Below, piece after piece: positions 9,080-17,745 of a stretch of 64,000 nucleotides of DNA; position 1 is the stretch's first letter; each line of letters begins with the position of its first letter. The stretch lies in contig CAKVOD010000003.1 in the NCBI GenBank assembly GCA_934778205.1, forward strand, positions 109,890 through 173,889. Direction: 5' to 3'. The position numbers and the translations under genes are program-made. The notes under the pieces are model-generated. The model had not been told where the DNA came from. It saw only the letters and a list, made by a program, of their open reading frames with translations, and did not search any database. This DNA is from an uncultured Clostridia bacterium (GTDB taxonomy: Bacteria; Bacillota; Clostridia; Christensenellales; UBA1242).

Positions 9080-10366
9080 TTAAAGTAGTTTTTTCTTGAT
9101 TGTTTCAAGGTCATAGACGTCTTTGCTTGTCAAATTGCCAAGTGCGGTAACCCAAATTTTGTTGTTTTTGTTGTTAAACAAGCCGATATAGTCGTTTACA
9201 TCTTCAATTGTTACATTTTTGAGTTCTTTTTTGTAGTCAAGTTCGTCGGTCAAAAAGTTGAGTAAATACTCAAAGTTGACATTGTTTAGCAAATATTTGA
9301 CATAACCAATTTCGTCTTCATCTTTAAAAATTTCAATTTGTTTACGCAAATTAGCAAATTCTTCTTTCGTAATTCCGGATTTGTAACGATTTTGCACTTC
9401 TTTGGAGATTTCATCTATGACTTTATTGACATTATCTTTAGTTGCAACAAAAGCAAAAGTCATAAATGAATTGTATGCAAGTTCACCTATGGACGCCGAA
9501 TACTCATATACTAACCCTTTCTTTCGCAAAGTATTATATAAACCGCCACCTAGCGATAATAATTCACTATAAAAATAGCGACATATGCGATTTTTTGAGT
9601 TGTGAACGCCAAATGGAATTTCAATCGTAATGCGGATGTCTATTTTTTCTTGGTCGAGTTTGATAACTTGCATCTTGCTTGGTTTTTGAGCAACCAAGTC
9701 ATAGTTGAGATCAGGACAATCATTGCAAACCGCGAGATTTTTTTCTATATACTTATTATATAGTTTGACAAATTTTTGCATCGACAATGCCGAGCAAACA
9801 TACATAACAAAATTTTTTGCAATGTAATTTTTCTTTCTAAACTTTTCAAGTTCTTTCTTTGTAACTTTATCAATATCATCGCCCAAAACTTGACAAGATG
9901 TTTTATTGTAATAATTATTGAATAATGTCAAGTGATATGCTGTAACATTGCGCTTGTCACATTCTTTGACTGACATTATTTCGTTGCGGACGACTTCGCG
10001 CTCTTTGTTGATTTCTGCGGTGTTAAACTTTGTATTCAATAATATATCGCTAGCATATTCAAATGCTTCCTCAAAATATGTGTTTGCACGTTTGAACGTG
10101 ACAAGTGTTGAGAATACGCCTGTTTGCGCGTTTACAAACGTTATTCTTGATGAATCTTTATCAATTTGTTCACGCGTACGATTTTTTGTTCCTAAAAACA
10201 AAGTATGTTCCAAAAAATGCGCTGTGCCAGCAACTTCGTCTTGCGCTGCGCCTGCTTTAAACCCCATATGGATGGTTGTAAATTTTTGTCCTTTAATTGT
10301 TTTTAGTATTATTGTTGCGCCATTGTCAAACCTATGTATTTTATAATCTTTCATTAATTTCTCCAT
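9080..10366 (-). CDS. M16 (pitrilysin/insulinase) family zinc peptidase, copy 2
   Basis: 428-aa ORF with an inverted zinc motif HxxEH (GTAHFLEHTLFLGT) near the N-terminus. Its start overlaps the stop of the upstream paralogue by 1 nt. Confidence 0.85.
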   Translation of the reverse strand: MEKLMKDYKIHRFDNGATIILKTIKGQKFTTIHMGFKAGAAQDEVAGTAHFLEHTLFLGTKNRTREQIDKDSSRITFVNAQTGVFSTLVTFKRANTYFEEAFEYASDILLNTKFNTAEINKEREVVRNEIMSVKECDKRNVTAYHLTLFNNYYNKTSCQVLGDDIDKVTKKELEKFRKKNYIAKNFVMYVCSALSMQKFVKLYNKYIEKNLAVCNDCPDLNYDLVAQKPSKMQVIKLDQEKIDIRITIEIPFGVHNSKNRICRYFYSELLSLGGGLYNTLRKKGLVYEYSASIGELAYNSFMTFAFVATKDNVNKVIDEISKEVQNRYKSGITKEEFANLRKQIEIFKDEDEIGYVKYLLNNVNFEYLLNFLTDELDYKKELKNVTIEDVNDYIGLFNNKNNKIWVTALGNLTSKDVYDLETIKKKLL

Positions 10367-11664
10367 TATTCAAAAAGTAATTTGTTTTTTGTTTCTTCAA
10401 GGCTATAGACATCGTCTTCAGTCAAATCGCCCATATAAGAAACATACATTTTATTTTTCTTGTTTAGCAAAATCTTGATATAATCGTTGACATCTTCGAC
10501 TTTAAGTTTTTTGTTTTCTTTGTCCCATTTTTTCAATTTTTTGAATTCGTTTTCAGTAACATATGTGGCAAAGATATTATCCGCAGTGGTCGTAGAACGT
10601 TCGACAGAATAAGATTCGTCGTCGATATAGTGCAAATTTTTCGTTCTTTGCTCAAACATTTCTTGAGACATACCTTCATCAAAAAATTTTTTAAAGTTTT
10701 TGCTCATTACATCAATGACAGACTTACATTTTTCTTTGGTTGTCCTAAATCCCAAAACAGCCTCAGAATTGTAACTATTTGTATAAATGCCAATTCTATC
10801 AAATACGTATACCAAACCATTTTGTCTCAATTCCAAAACAGTTGAACTTGTGAAATCGGTCATCAATGTGTTGATATATGATAGACAGGTTCGATTTTTG
10901 ATGGTATCAAAATTGACATCATAGTAAATAGAAATAAGGCAATCGACAGTTTGTGCGTCATTTGTATATACTTTTACGCTTTCAGGTAAATCGGGATAAT
11001 GAATAGGTTTACAAGAAACAGCGTTTGGGTCACGTGGCAATTTTTCGATAAATCTTTTGCTAAATTCTTTTTTTATCTTCCAAAGTGGCAAATTTGAGAC
11101 TGCCACACATACACATTTTTCAGCAACAAAATGCTTTTTGTGATATGCTTTTATAATTTCACTATTGATTTGATTAATTGAGTCGTGCGTTCCTAAATTT
11201 TTAGGATAATCATATGATGTTGAATACACGTGAGAGTAATGTGACAAGTCTACTTCCCTACTAAAACGCACTTCTTTGCTACTCAATTCTTCTTGGATAA
11301 CACCACGTTCTTTATCAATGCTGGCGTCGTCGAAATTGCTATTCATCATCATATCATAGGCAAGGTCAATTGACTCTTTCAATAATTTATTTGTGCGTAA
11401 ACCGAACAACTCTATATATCTATAATTCGTACCGGCATTAAATTTACAAACCTCTAAAAGTTGATTGTTCACATCTTCTTTTGTCGGGAATGTTTTTGTC
11501 CCATTGAACAACGAATGCTCTAAATAGTGTGCAGTCCCCTCAACTTCGTCATTTAGTGAACCCGCACGAAAAGCATAAATCATTGCAGTACTTTTATAAT
11601 GTTTGATTTTTTTATAAATCAATATAGCTCCGTTGTCAAATTTGACAACTTTTGGTATTCTCAT
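10366..11664 (-). CDS. M16 (pitrilysin/insulinase) family zinc peptidase, copy 1
   Basis: 432-aa ORF with an HxxEH motif (GTAHYLEHSLFNGT). It is a paralogue of the downstream gene. RBS AGGAG lies upstream. Confidence 0.85.
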   Translation of the reverse strand: MRIPKVVKFDNGAILIYKKIKHYKSTAMIYAFRAGSLNDEVEGTAHYLEHSLFNGTKTFPTKEDVNNQLLEVCKFNAGTNYRYIELFGLRTNKLLKESIDLAYDMMMNSNFDDASIDKERGVIQEELSSKEVRFSREVDLSHYSHVYSTSYDYPKNLGTHDSINQINSEIIKAYHKKHFVAEKCVCVAVSNLPLWKIKKEFSKRFIEKLPRDPNAVSCKPIHYPDLPESVKVYTNDAQTVDCLISIYYDVNFDTIKNRTCLSYINTLMTDFTSSTVLELRQNGLVYVFDRIGIYTNSYNSEAVLGFRTTKEKCKSVIDVMSKNFKKFFDEGMSQEMFEQRTKNLHYIDDESYSVERSTTTADNIFATYVTENEFKKLKKWDKENKKLKVEDVNDYIKILLNKKNKMYVSYMGDLTEDDVYSLEETKNKLLFE

Positions 11665-11816
11665 TTTTTATCTCCTAGTATTTTATCAGTCATCTAATAG
11701 CAATAGGTTGCAAGCCCGCCAATAAATACATACCATTATAGTGGAAAATGCCAACGGGAATGAACGAAAGAGCGGATATGTAATTAATACAAATACTGAC
11801 CAAGTAAAGTACAAAT

Positions 11817-11845
11817 ATTATATCACAATAGAAACAAAAAAGCAA
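11817..11845 (-). promoter_or_regulatory. Candidate sigma-A promoter for the M16 peptidase operon
   Basis: Minus strand TTGCTT-17 nt-TATAAT with a TGA extended -10 (TGATATAAT). The -35 lies in the 3' arm of the rplQ terminator. Confidence 0.4.
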
Positions 11846-11870
11846 GGACTCCTGCATTGTCCTTGCTTTT
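11836..11870. terminator. Bidirectional rho-independent terminator closing the ribosomal (alpha) operon
   Basis: 9-bp perfect stem AGCAAGGAC (11841-11849) / GTCCTTGCT (11859-11867) with a 9-nt loop, an A-run before it and a T-run after. It sits about 60 nt downstream of the rplQ stop. Confidence 0.7.
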
Positions 11871-11924
11871 ATTTTCCAATTCACCTGCTTTGAATTGAAC
11901 TTTCAATAAATTTAGTAAATTGAA

Positions 11925-12434
11925 CTAGACAAGTTCAATTCTAACTTTCATTGCACCATCGCCACGGCGTTGTCCAAGCTTAATAATTCTTGTATATCCG
12001 CCACCTTGTCCAGATTCTTCTTTTCTAGAAGCATATTTTGGAGCGTATACATTGAAAATCTTTTCAATCAATGGGTGAGCAACATCTTCAGTACGTGTTT
12101 TGAAGTCTTCTTTCTTTTCGCCTTCCAAACGTTGTTCTTGAACATCGTTGACCATTCCCATAATTTTGCGACGAGCGTTGAGTTTTTTTGCGCCATCGTT
12201 CAACACTTTTCTTGTTGTCTTTTCGCCTTTTTCATTGACATATGGTTTTTCAACTTCGACTGTATCGTTATAGTTGTTTACAGCAAGTGTCAAAACTTTG
12301 TCAGCAAGACGAGAAACTGATTGTGCTCTATCAAGGGTTGTTTCAAGATAACCTTTCCACAAAAAGTCAGTCAACTGCCCACGCAAAATAGCCATACGCA
12401 AATCTGTTCTTTTACCTAATTTGTTTATTGCCAT
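11925..12434 (-). CDS. rplQ: 50S ribosomal protein bL17 (unusually long, 169 aa)
   Basis: MAINKLGKRTDLRMAILRGQ... and ...GGYTRIIKLGQRRGDGAMKVRIELV are classic bL17 termini. It is the last gene after rpoA and carries an internal insertion. Confidence 0.9.
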   Translation of the reverse strand: MAINKLGKRTDLRMAILRGQLTDFLWKGYLETTLDRAQSVSRLADKVLTLAVNNYNDTVEVEKPYVNEKGEKTTRKVLNDGAKKLNARRKIMGMVNDVQEQRLEGEKKEDFKTRTEDVAHPLIEKIFNVYAPKYASRKEESGQGGGYTRIIKLGQRRGDGAMKVRIELV

Positions 12435-12450
12435 TTGTTCTCTCCTTTAT

Positions 12451-13404
12451 TTATTCTTCGTCATCTCTCAATTTGAGCCCAAGGCCATTAATCTTTTCGA
12501 TTACTTCTTCAAGCGATTTTGCCCCGAGATTTTTGACTTTTAACATATCATCTTTTGATTTCTTTACCAAATCTTCAACAGTATTTATATTTGCTCTTTT
12601 CAAGCAGTTGTGACTACGAACTGAAAGTTCAAGTTCATCAATACTCATACTCATAATTTTGGAGTTTTTGTCCTCTTCTGGGCTGACAAGAATTTCAGTG
12701 TTTGCCATATCCTCTACGAGGTCTACAAACAATTGTGTGTGGTCTTGTAAAATCTTACCTGCAAGACTTACAACTTCAACCGCACGTCTTGTGCCATTTG
12801 TGGTAACTTCCAAAATCAATTTGTCGTAACCCATATTGTGTCCAACGCGAGCACCTTCCAAATAAAAGTTCGCGGCTTTTACAGGAGTGAAAATTGAGTC
12901 AACAGCGATGTAGCCGATGCTTTCAATTTCGCTCTTATTTTGAGTTGAAGGTACATACCCGCGTCCACGCGCAACAGTGATTTCCATCTCTAAGTCTGCG
13001 TCATCATCTAGCGTGCATAGATAAAGTTCTGGGTTTTTGCATTCGACATCAATTGGATATTCAATATCTTTTGCTTTCAACACACCTGCGCCCTTCTTGT
13101 TGAGTCTTAATGTTGTTTTAAACTCAGGGTCGTTGCTAGTTGTTGCTAGTGCAATATTTTTGAGATTGAGAATGATATCTGAAACATCTTCTTTCACGCC
13201 CTTAACATTTGAAAATTCGTGCGAAACACCCGCAATTCTTATTGCGACAGGTGCAATACCCGGCAATGAAGCAAGCAAGATTCTTCTAAAACTATTTCCA
13301 AGTGTTGTACCGAATCCTCTTTCAAGCGGTTCGACAATAACTTTTGCAAAACTGCCGTCAGCATTTTCTTCAACTGTGATTTTTGGTTTTTCGATTTGCA
13401 TCAT
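12451..13404 (-). CDS. rpoA: DNA-directed RNA polymerase subunit alpha
   Basis: 317 aa. The N-terminal assembly domain (FAKVIVEPLERGFGTTLGNSFRRILL) and the alpha-CTD (LELSVRSHNCLKRANINTVEDL) are present. Its position between rpsD and rplQ is conserved. Confidence 0.97.
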   Translation of the reverse strand: MMQIEKPKITVEENADGSFAKVIVEPLERGFGTTLGNSFRRILLASLPGIAPVAIRIAGVSHEFSNVKGVKEDVSDIILNLKNIALATTSNDPEFKTTLRLNKKGAGVLKAKDIEYPIDVECKNPELYLCTLDDDADLEMEITVARGRGYVPSTQNKSEIESIGYIAVDSIFTPVKAANFYLEGARVGHNMGYDKLILEVTTNGTRRAVEVVSLAGKILQDHTQLFVDLVEDMANTEILVSPEEDKNSKIMSMSIDELELSVRSHNCLKRANINTVEDLVKKSKDDMLKVKNLGAKSLEEVIEKINGLGLKLRDDEE

Positions 13405-13473
13405 AAACTACAAATCCTCCTAATTATAAAATAGAAAATTGTAAATCGCAATTTTCCATTGCAATTGTTTTTA

Positions 13474-14100
13474 TTATTTACTATAAAGTTCGACAACCAA
13501 GTGTTCTGCAAAGCGCATATCAATGTCATCTCTTTGCGGAAGCGCGTTGATTTTACCTGTCAATGTTTTTGTGTCAAATTCAAGCCATTTTGGAGTTGTA
13601 ATTTTAACCTTTCCAAGTTCTTTGAAAAGTCCATTGTCTGCACGGCCTTCTTTGACTGCGACAACATCACCAGCTGAAACCACGAATGATGGAATGTCAA
13701 CAACTCTGCCGTTGACTGTAATGTGTCCGTGATTTACTATTTGACGGCATTTTGCTCTGCTTTCGCCAAGTCCCATACGATAAACAACATTGTCAAGACG
13801 TCTTTCCAAAAGTTGCAAAAGGTTTTCACCAGTGTTTCCTTTCATACGTTCTGCTGTTTCATATGTGGCGTGGAATTGTTTTTCAAGCAAACCATAATAT
13901 CTCTTAATCTTTTGCTTTTCTCTAAGTTGCAATCCGTACTCACTTTGTTTTTTGCGAGCACTTTGCGCTCCGTGTTGTCCAGGAACTGTTGGTCTACGCT
14001 CCATAGCACATTTGCCACTCAAGCATCTTTCACCTTTCAAGAAAAGTTTGCATCCTTCTCTTCTGCACAAACGGCAATCGGCATCAGTATATTTTGCCAT
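13474..14100 (-). CDS. rpsD: 30S ribosomal protein uS4 (Cys-rich N-terminus)
   Basis: 208 aa, MAKYTDADCRLCRREGCKLFLKGERC...EYGLQLREKQKIKRYYG...: the uS4 sequence and operon position. Confidence 0.97.
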   Translation of the reverse strand: MAKYTDADCRLCRREGCKLFLKGERCLSGKCAMERRPTVPGQHGAQSARKKQSEYGLQLREKQKIKRYYGLLEKQFHATYETAERMKGNTGENLLQLLERRLDNVVYRMGLGESRAKCRQIVNHGHITVNGRVVDIPSFVVSAGDVVAVKEGRADNGLFKELGKVKITTPKWLEFDTKTLTGKINALPQRDDIDMRFAEHLVVELYSK

Positions 14101-14109
14101 AATTTCCTC

Positions 14110-14502
14110 CTATATTCTTCTCTTCTTTGGCGGACGGCATCCATTAAAAGGTATTGAAGATACATCTTTGATTGATGTAACTGCAATTTCCGCATTTCCT
14201 AGCGCTCTAATAGCCGCTTCTCTACCACGACCTGCGCCCTTAACGAATACATCGACTGACCTCAAGCCTTGTTCCTTTGCTGCTTTAACGGCAGTTTCGG
14301 CAACTTGTGCGGCTGCATAAGGTGTATCCTTCTTTGAGTTTCTAAAACCAAGGCTACCAGAACTTGACCAAGAAATAACGTTTCCTTGTTCGTCAGTTAC
14401 TGTTACCATACAGTTATTAAATGTTGATTTGATGTGAACTTGACCCTTGTCAAGATTTTTCGTACTTCTTCTTTTCTTTGTAGGTTTATTAGTTGTTGCC
14501 AT
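14110..14502 (-). CDS. rpsK: 30S ribosomal protein uS11
   Basis: 130 aa, ...[32 protein letters not shown]...[13 protein letters not shown]. Confidence 0.97.
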   Translation of the reverse strand: MATTNKPTKKRRSTKNLDKGQVHIKSTFNNCMVTVTDEQGNVISWSSSGSLGFRNSKKDTPYAAAQVAETAVKAAKEQGLRSVDVFVKGAGRGREAAIRALGNAEIAVTSIKDVSSIPFNGCRPPKKRRI

Positions 14503-14511
14503 AAATTACTC

Positions 14512-14880
14512 CTATTTCTTACCGCGAGAAACAGTCTTTTTAGCGCCTTTTCTCGTACGAGCATTTGTTTTTGTTCTTTGTCCACGAACAGGAAGTCCAC
14601 GTCTGTGACGAATACCACGATAGCATCCAATTTCTTGTAGACGCTTTACGTTCATCAAAACTTCTGACTTAAGTTCGCCCTCGACTTTTAGGTTTTTGTC
14701 AATATAGTTTCTAATTAGCGTTGCTTCTTCTTCGGTCAAGTCTTTGACACGTGTGTCAGGATTAACGCCAGTTTCTTTCAAAATTTTGTTTGATGTTGTG
14801 CGACCAATTCCATAAATATAAGTCAAACCAATTTCAACTCTTTTCTCTTTTGGAAGGTCGACACCAGCAATTCTTGCCAT
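14512..14880 (-). CDS. rpsM: 30S ribosomal protein uS13
   Basis: 122 aa, [26 protein letters not shown]...[26 protein letters not shown]. Confidence 0.97.
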   Translation of the reverse strand: MARIAGVDLPKEKRVEIGLTYIYGIGRTTSNKILKETGVNPDTRVKDLTEEEATLIRNYIDKNLKVEGELKSEVLMNVKRLQEIGCYRGIRHRRGLPVRGQRTKTNARTRKGAKKTVSRGKK

Positions 14881-15039
14881 ATTTTCCTCCGATTTTTATT
14901 TTTCTATATGAGCGCAAACTAGACACAAAGGTGGAATTTGTGTAGCCGCGATAGTTTGCGGTGTTTTTGTTTCTTTGTTGCCCATACGTAAATATGCACG
15001 CAAAACAACTTGTTTTATGCTTGCGTACGGGCAATTAAA
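14881..15039 (-). promoter_or_regulatory. Structured 159-nt spacer between rpmJ and rpsM (possible uS4 autoregulatory leader)
   Basis: The minus-strand RNA can fold GCCCGUACG...CGUAUGGGC, enclosing ACGCAA/UUGCGU and AAAAC/GUUUU. Further downstream are CCGC/GCGG and a perfect 7-bp ACACAAA/UUUGUGU stem just before the rpsM RBS GGAGGA. Confidence 0.3.
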
Positions 15040-15153
15040 TTAGCCTTGTACTTGTTTATGCTTTTTGTTTGGGCAAATAACCATAACTTTGCCGTCACGT
15101 TTGATAACTTTGCATTTATCGCACATTGGCTTTACTGATGACCTTACTTTCAT
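15040..15153 (-). CDS. rpmJ: 50S ribosomal protein bL36 (zinc-binding type)
   Basis: Below the ORF-track size cutoff. Manual translation gives [37 protein letters not shown], 37 codons with a CxxC...C....H pattern, sitting between infA and rpsM as in other Bacillota. Confidence 0.9.
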   Translation of the reverse strand: MKVRSSVKPMCDKCKVIKRDGKVMVICPNKKHKQVQG

Positions 15154-15171
15154 TTTCTTTGCTCCTTTGCC

Positions 15172-15405
15172 TTAATTTCTTTTCTTCTTATCACCACGAT
15201 ATGTGATTCTACCTTTATTGATGTCGTAAGGAGATAATTCAACAGTTACTTTATCGCCTTCTAGGACTTCAATATGTCGTTGTGCAAGTCGTCCAGCAAC
15301 ATACGCTTCAATAACGTGTTCATTTGGTAATTTTACCTTGTAAACCGCATTTCGTATCACTTCAACAACTATGCCTTCAACTTCAATTCCTTCACCTCTA
15401 GGCAT
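15172..15405 (-). CDS. infA: Translation initiation factor IF-1
   Basis: MPRGEGIEVEGIVVEVIRNAVYKVKLPNEHVIEAYVAGRL...VELSPYDINKGRITYR: the S1-like IF-1 sequence. GGAGG lies 5 nt upstream of the ATG at 15405 (the track ORF begins 12 nt earlier). Confidence 0.93.
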   Translation of the reverse strand: MPRGEGIEVEGIVVEVIRNAVYKVKLPNEHVIEAYVAGRLAQRHIEVLEGDKVTVELSPYDINKGRITYRGDKKKRN

Positions 15406-15673
15406 CGTTACCTCCATTAAAACTCTTTTTATAGGGATTCAATATCGTTTTGATATCTGAATCGTAAATTTTTTGTCCTTGTTCCAATTTTTGTCTTAAA
15501 TCACTTGAGTTTAGAATGTCTAAATGTTTTGTTCGCTTGCGTTTTGGATTTTCAAGTTTCCTTGAATCTCCATTGACAAGTTCAACAAAATCTTTGTCAA
15601 CCAACTTGTAGACGCAATATACTTTGTTTTTATCACGTCCTGCTTTACTCTTAACAATAGTTCCAACTTCCAT
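15398..15673 (-). CDS. KOW-domain RNA-binding protein (the small conserved ORF found between map and infA in Clostridia)
   Basis: 91 aa, MEVGTIVKSKAGRDKNKVYCV...: a KOW-like G-x-x-V-x-x-x-x-G-R-D-K motif. It overlaps the infA start by 8 nt. Confidence 0.7.
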   Translation of the reverse strand: MEVGTIVKSKAGRDKNKVYCVYKLVDKDFVELVNGDSRKLENPKRKRTKHLDILNSSDLRQKLEQGQKIYDSDIKTILNPYKKSFNGGNDA

Positions 15674-15680
15674 ATAACAC

Positions 15681-16430
15681 CTATAATGTTAAGATTTCAA
15701 CGCCGTTTTCAGTAATCAAAACAGTATTCTCATAGTGAGATGCAGGTAATCCGTCTTTTGTTACTATTGTCCAATCATCGTCGAGCAAAACGATTTCTTT
15801 TTTGCCCATATTAATCATTGGTTCAATAGCAATAGTCATACCAGCATAAAGTTTTGCACCTGTACCAGCTTTGCCATAGTTAGGGACGGAAGGCGGTTCG
15901 TGCAAATTGCGACCAACTCCGTGTCCTTCAAGAAGACGGACGACGCTATAACCATTTGATTCAGCGTGCGCTTGCACCTTCGTGGATATGTCACCGACAA
16001 AATTGCCCGCTTTTATATCCTTGATTCCTTCAAAGAAACTTTCTTCGGTAACCCTAACAAGTTTCCTCTTTTCCTCACTAACTTGGCCAATACAGAAGGT
16101 TCTTGCGGCGTCGCCGTGGAAACCCTTTATATACGCACCAACATCGACCGAAACAATGTCGCCTTCTTCAATGCGACGACTTGCGCTCGGTATTCCGTGT
16201 ACAATTTCCTCATTAATTGACACACACGCGTTTGCGGGATATCCTTGATAATGCTTGAATGAGCATTTTGCGTTGCAAGAATGAATGTAGTCGCGAACAA
16301 TGTCATCGACCATTTTTGTTGTCATTCCAGCGCGGATTTTTTCCTCAACTACTTTTAGTGTATCACCAGTAATTTTACACGCCACTCTCATATGTTCTAT
16401 TTCGCTAGGCGTTTTAATATGAACTTCCAT
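15681..16430 (-). CDS. map: Type I methionine aminopeptidase
   Basis: MEVHIKTPSEIEHMRVACKITGD...DIVSVDVGAYIKGFHGDAARTF...LEGHGVG...TIAIEPMI...YENTVLIT: the MetAP metal-ligand contexts are present. The track ORF begins 27 nt earlier; the ATG at 16430 follows a GAAGGG RBS. Confidence 0.93.
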   Translation of the reverse strand: MEVHIKTPSEIEHMRVACKITGDTLKVVEEKIRAGMTTKMVDDIVRDYIHSCNAKCSFKHYQGYPANACVSINEEIVHGIPSASRRIEEGDIVSVDVGAYIKGFHGDAARTFCIGQVSEEKRKLVRVTEESFFEGIKDIKAGNFVGDISTKVQAHAESNGYSVVRLLEGHGVGRNLHEPPSVPNYGKAGTGAKLYAGMTIAIEPMINMGKKEIVLLDDDWTIVTKDGLPASHYENTVLITENGVEILTL

Positions 16431-16477
16431 TTTACCCTTCTTTATATTATAACACATTGAACAAACTATTTCAAGAG

Positions 16478-17119
16478 TTATCGCTCAATTTCTTGGGTTT
16501 TATCTCTATTAATTGCCCTACAAACTTTTGCAAAGTTTTCATCTATGCCATTGTTTGCATCAATTCTTGTCAACACGCCTTTGTTGTCAAAGTAATCGAC
16601 TATTGGTAATGTTTTTTCAGTGAAAACCTTGAATCTATTAGCAAAAACTTCTTCACTATCGTCACTTCTAACAATCAACTTTGAACCACACTTGCCACAA
16701 ATTTCGCCTGATGCGTCAGCCGTTGTAACATTTCCACAATCGGGACAAATTCTTCTTCTCAAGATGCGACCGAGTAGATTCTCATAGTCAACGTCTAAGT
16801 AGATAACTTTATCTATATTATAGAAATTGTCAAGTTCAATTGCTTCTTCAAGCGTCTTACCAAAACCGTCGAGCAAAACGTTATCTTGATAACGTTCTTG
16901 CGACAATTGGTCTTTCATAACTTCCAAGAGAATATCACTTGGCGCAAGGAACCCCTTGCTAATTGCCTCGTCGATAATTTTCCCGCGCTCAGTTCCCTTT
17001 GCGATTTCCGCACGGAACAAGTCGCCTGTTGAAAGATGCTGAAAACCAAATTTTTCAGTAAGTTTTTGAGACAATGTCCCTTTGCCACTTCCGGGCGCTC
17101 CAATCAATAGAATATTCAT
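16478..17119 (-). CDS. adk: Adenylate kinase paralogue 2 (zinc-lid type; DGFGKT in place of DGFPRT)
   Basis: 213 aa. It has the P-loop GAPGSGKGT, STGDLFR, a Cys4 lid (CPDCG...CGKCG) and VRSDD. It follows the first adk after an 11-nt gap. Confidence 0.85.
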   Translation of the reverse strand: MNILLIGAPGSGKGTLSQKLTEKFGFQHLSTGDLFRAEIAKGTERGKIIDEAISKGFLAPSDILLEVMKDQLSQERYQDNVLLDGFGKTLEEAIELDNFYNIDKVIYLDVDYENLLGRILRRRICPDCGNVTTADASGEICGKCGSKLIVRSDDSEEVFANRFKVFTEKTLPIVDYFDNKGVLTRIDANNGIDENFAKVCRAINRDKTQEIER

Positions 17120-17130
17120 TGTTTAATCCA

Positions 17131-17745
17131 TCAATACATTTTATTTATTATTACGTCAAGTTGTCTATAAATGTCTTTTTGTGAGTCAATAAACTTTACA
17201 ATGCCAAGTTTTTGATAATACTCAATCACGGGCATAGTAAATTTTTGATACTCATTCATACGCGTCAACAAAATCTCTTCAGTATCATCGTTGCGCGCAA
17301 CAAGTTTGGTTTGACATTTGTCGCAAATAGTTGTTCCATTCAATTTTGAATAAACGCTTTTACATTGCGGACAAATCAATCTATTCAAAACTCGTTTTTT
17401 AATTTCCTCTAAACTAGCTTCAAGCACAATTACTAAATCTATTTTAAGGAATTTTTTCATTAATTCCACCGAAATCATACCACGTGGGTACCCATCTAGT
17501 AGAATGTTGTCATAAAGTCCTATTTTTGCCAAATGTTGTTGCAATATATCAGCGGTTATATCTTCCGACAAGATTTTGCCTTGAGATATAACCTCATTGA
17601 TTAATTGCGCATCTCTTGAGTCACCTTTCGCGACTTTGCGCAAAAGGTCGCCCATTGAGATATGCGTCATATTGCATTTTTTTTCAAGATATTCGGAGCA
17701 AGTTCCTTTTCCACTCGCAGGTGGACCAAGTAGAACAATGTTCAT
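17131..17745 (-). CDS. adk: Adenylate kinase paralogue 1 (zinc-lid type; P-loop GPPASGKGT)
   Basis: 204 aa. It has GPPASGKGT, SMGDLLR, LLDGYPRG, a Cys4 lid (CPQCK...CDKCQ) and ARNDD. Its start overlaps the secY stop by 1 nt, the canonical adk position. Confidence 0.88.
   Translation of the reverse strand: MNIVLLGPPASGKGTCSEYLEKKCNMTHISMGDLLRKVAKGDSRDAQLINEVISQGKILSEDITADILQQHLAKIGLYDNILLDGYPRGMISVELMKKFLKIDLVIVLEASLEEIKKRVLNRLICPQCKSVYSKLNGTTICDKCQTKLVARNDDTEEILLTRMNEYQKFTMPVIEYYQKLGIVKFIDSQKDIYRQLDVIINKMY

Noticed and set aside
11690-11884. 64-aa minus-strand ORF between rplQ and the M16 genes.
   Set aside because: It spans the rplQ terminator hairpin and the candidate M16 promoter. It has no RBS, so it is most likely non-coding.
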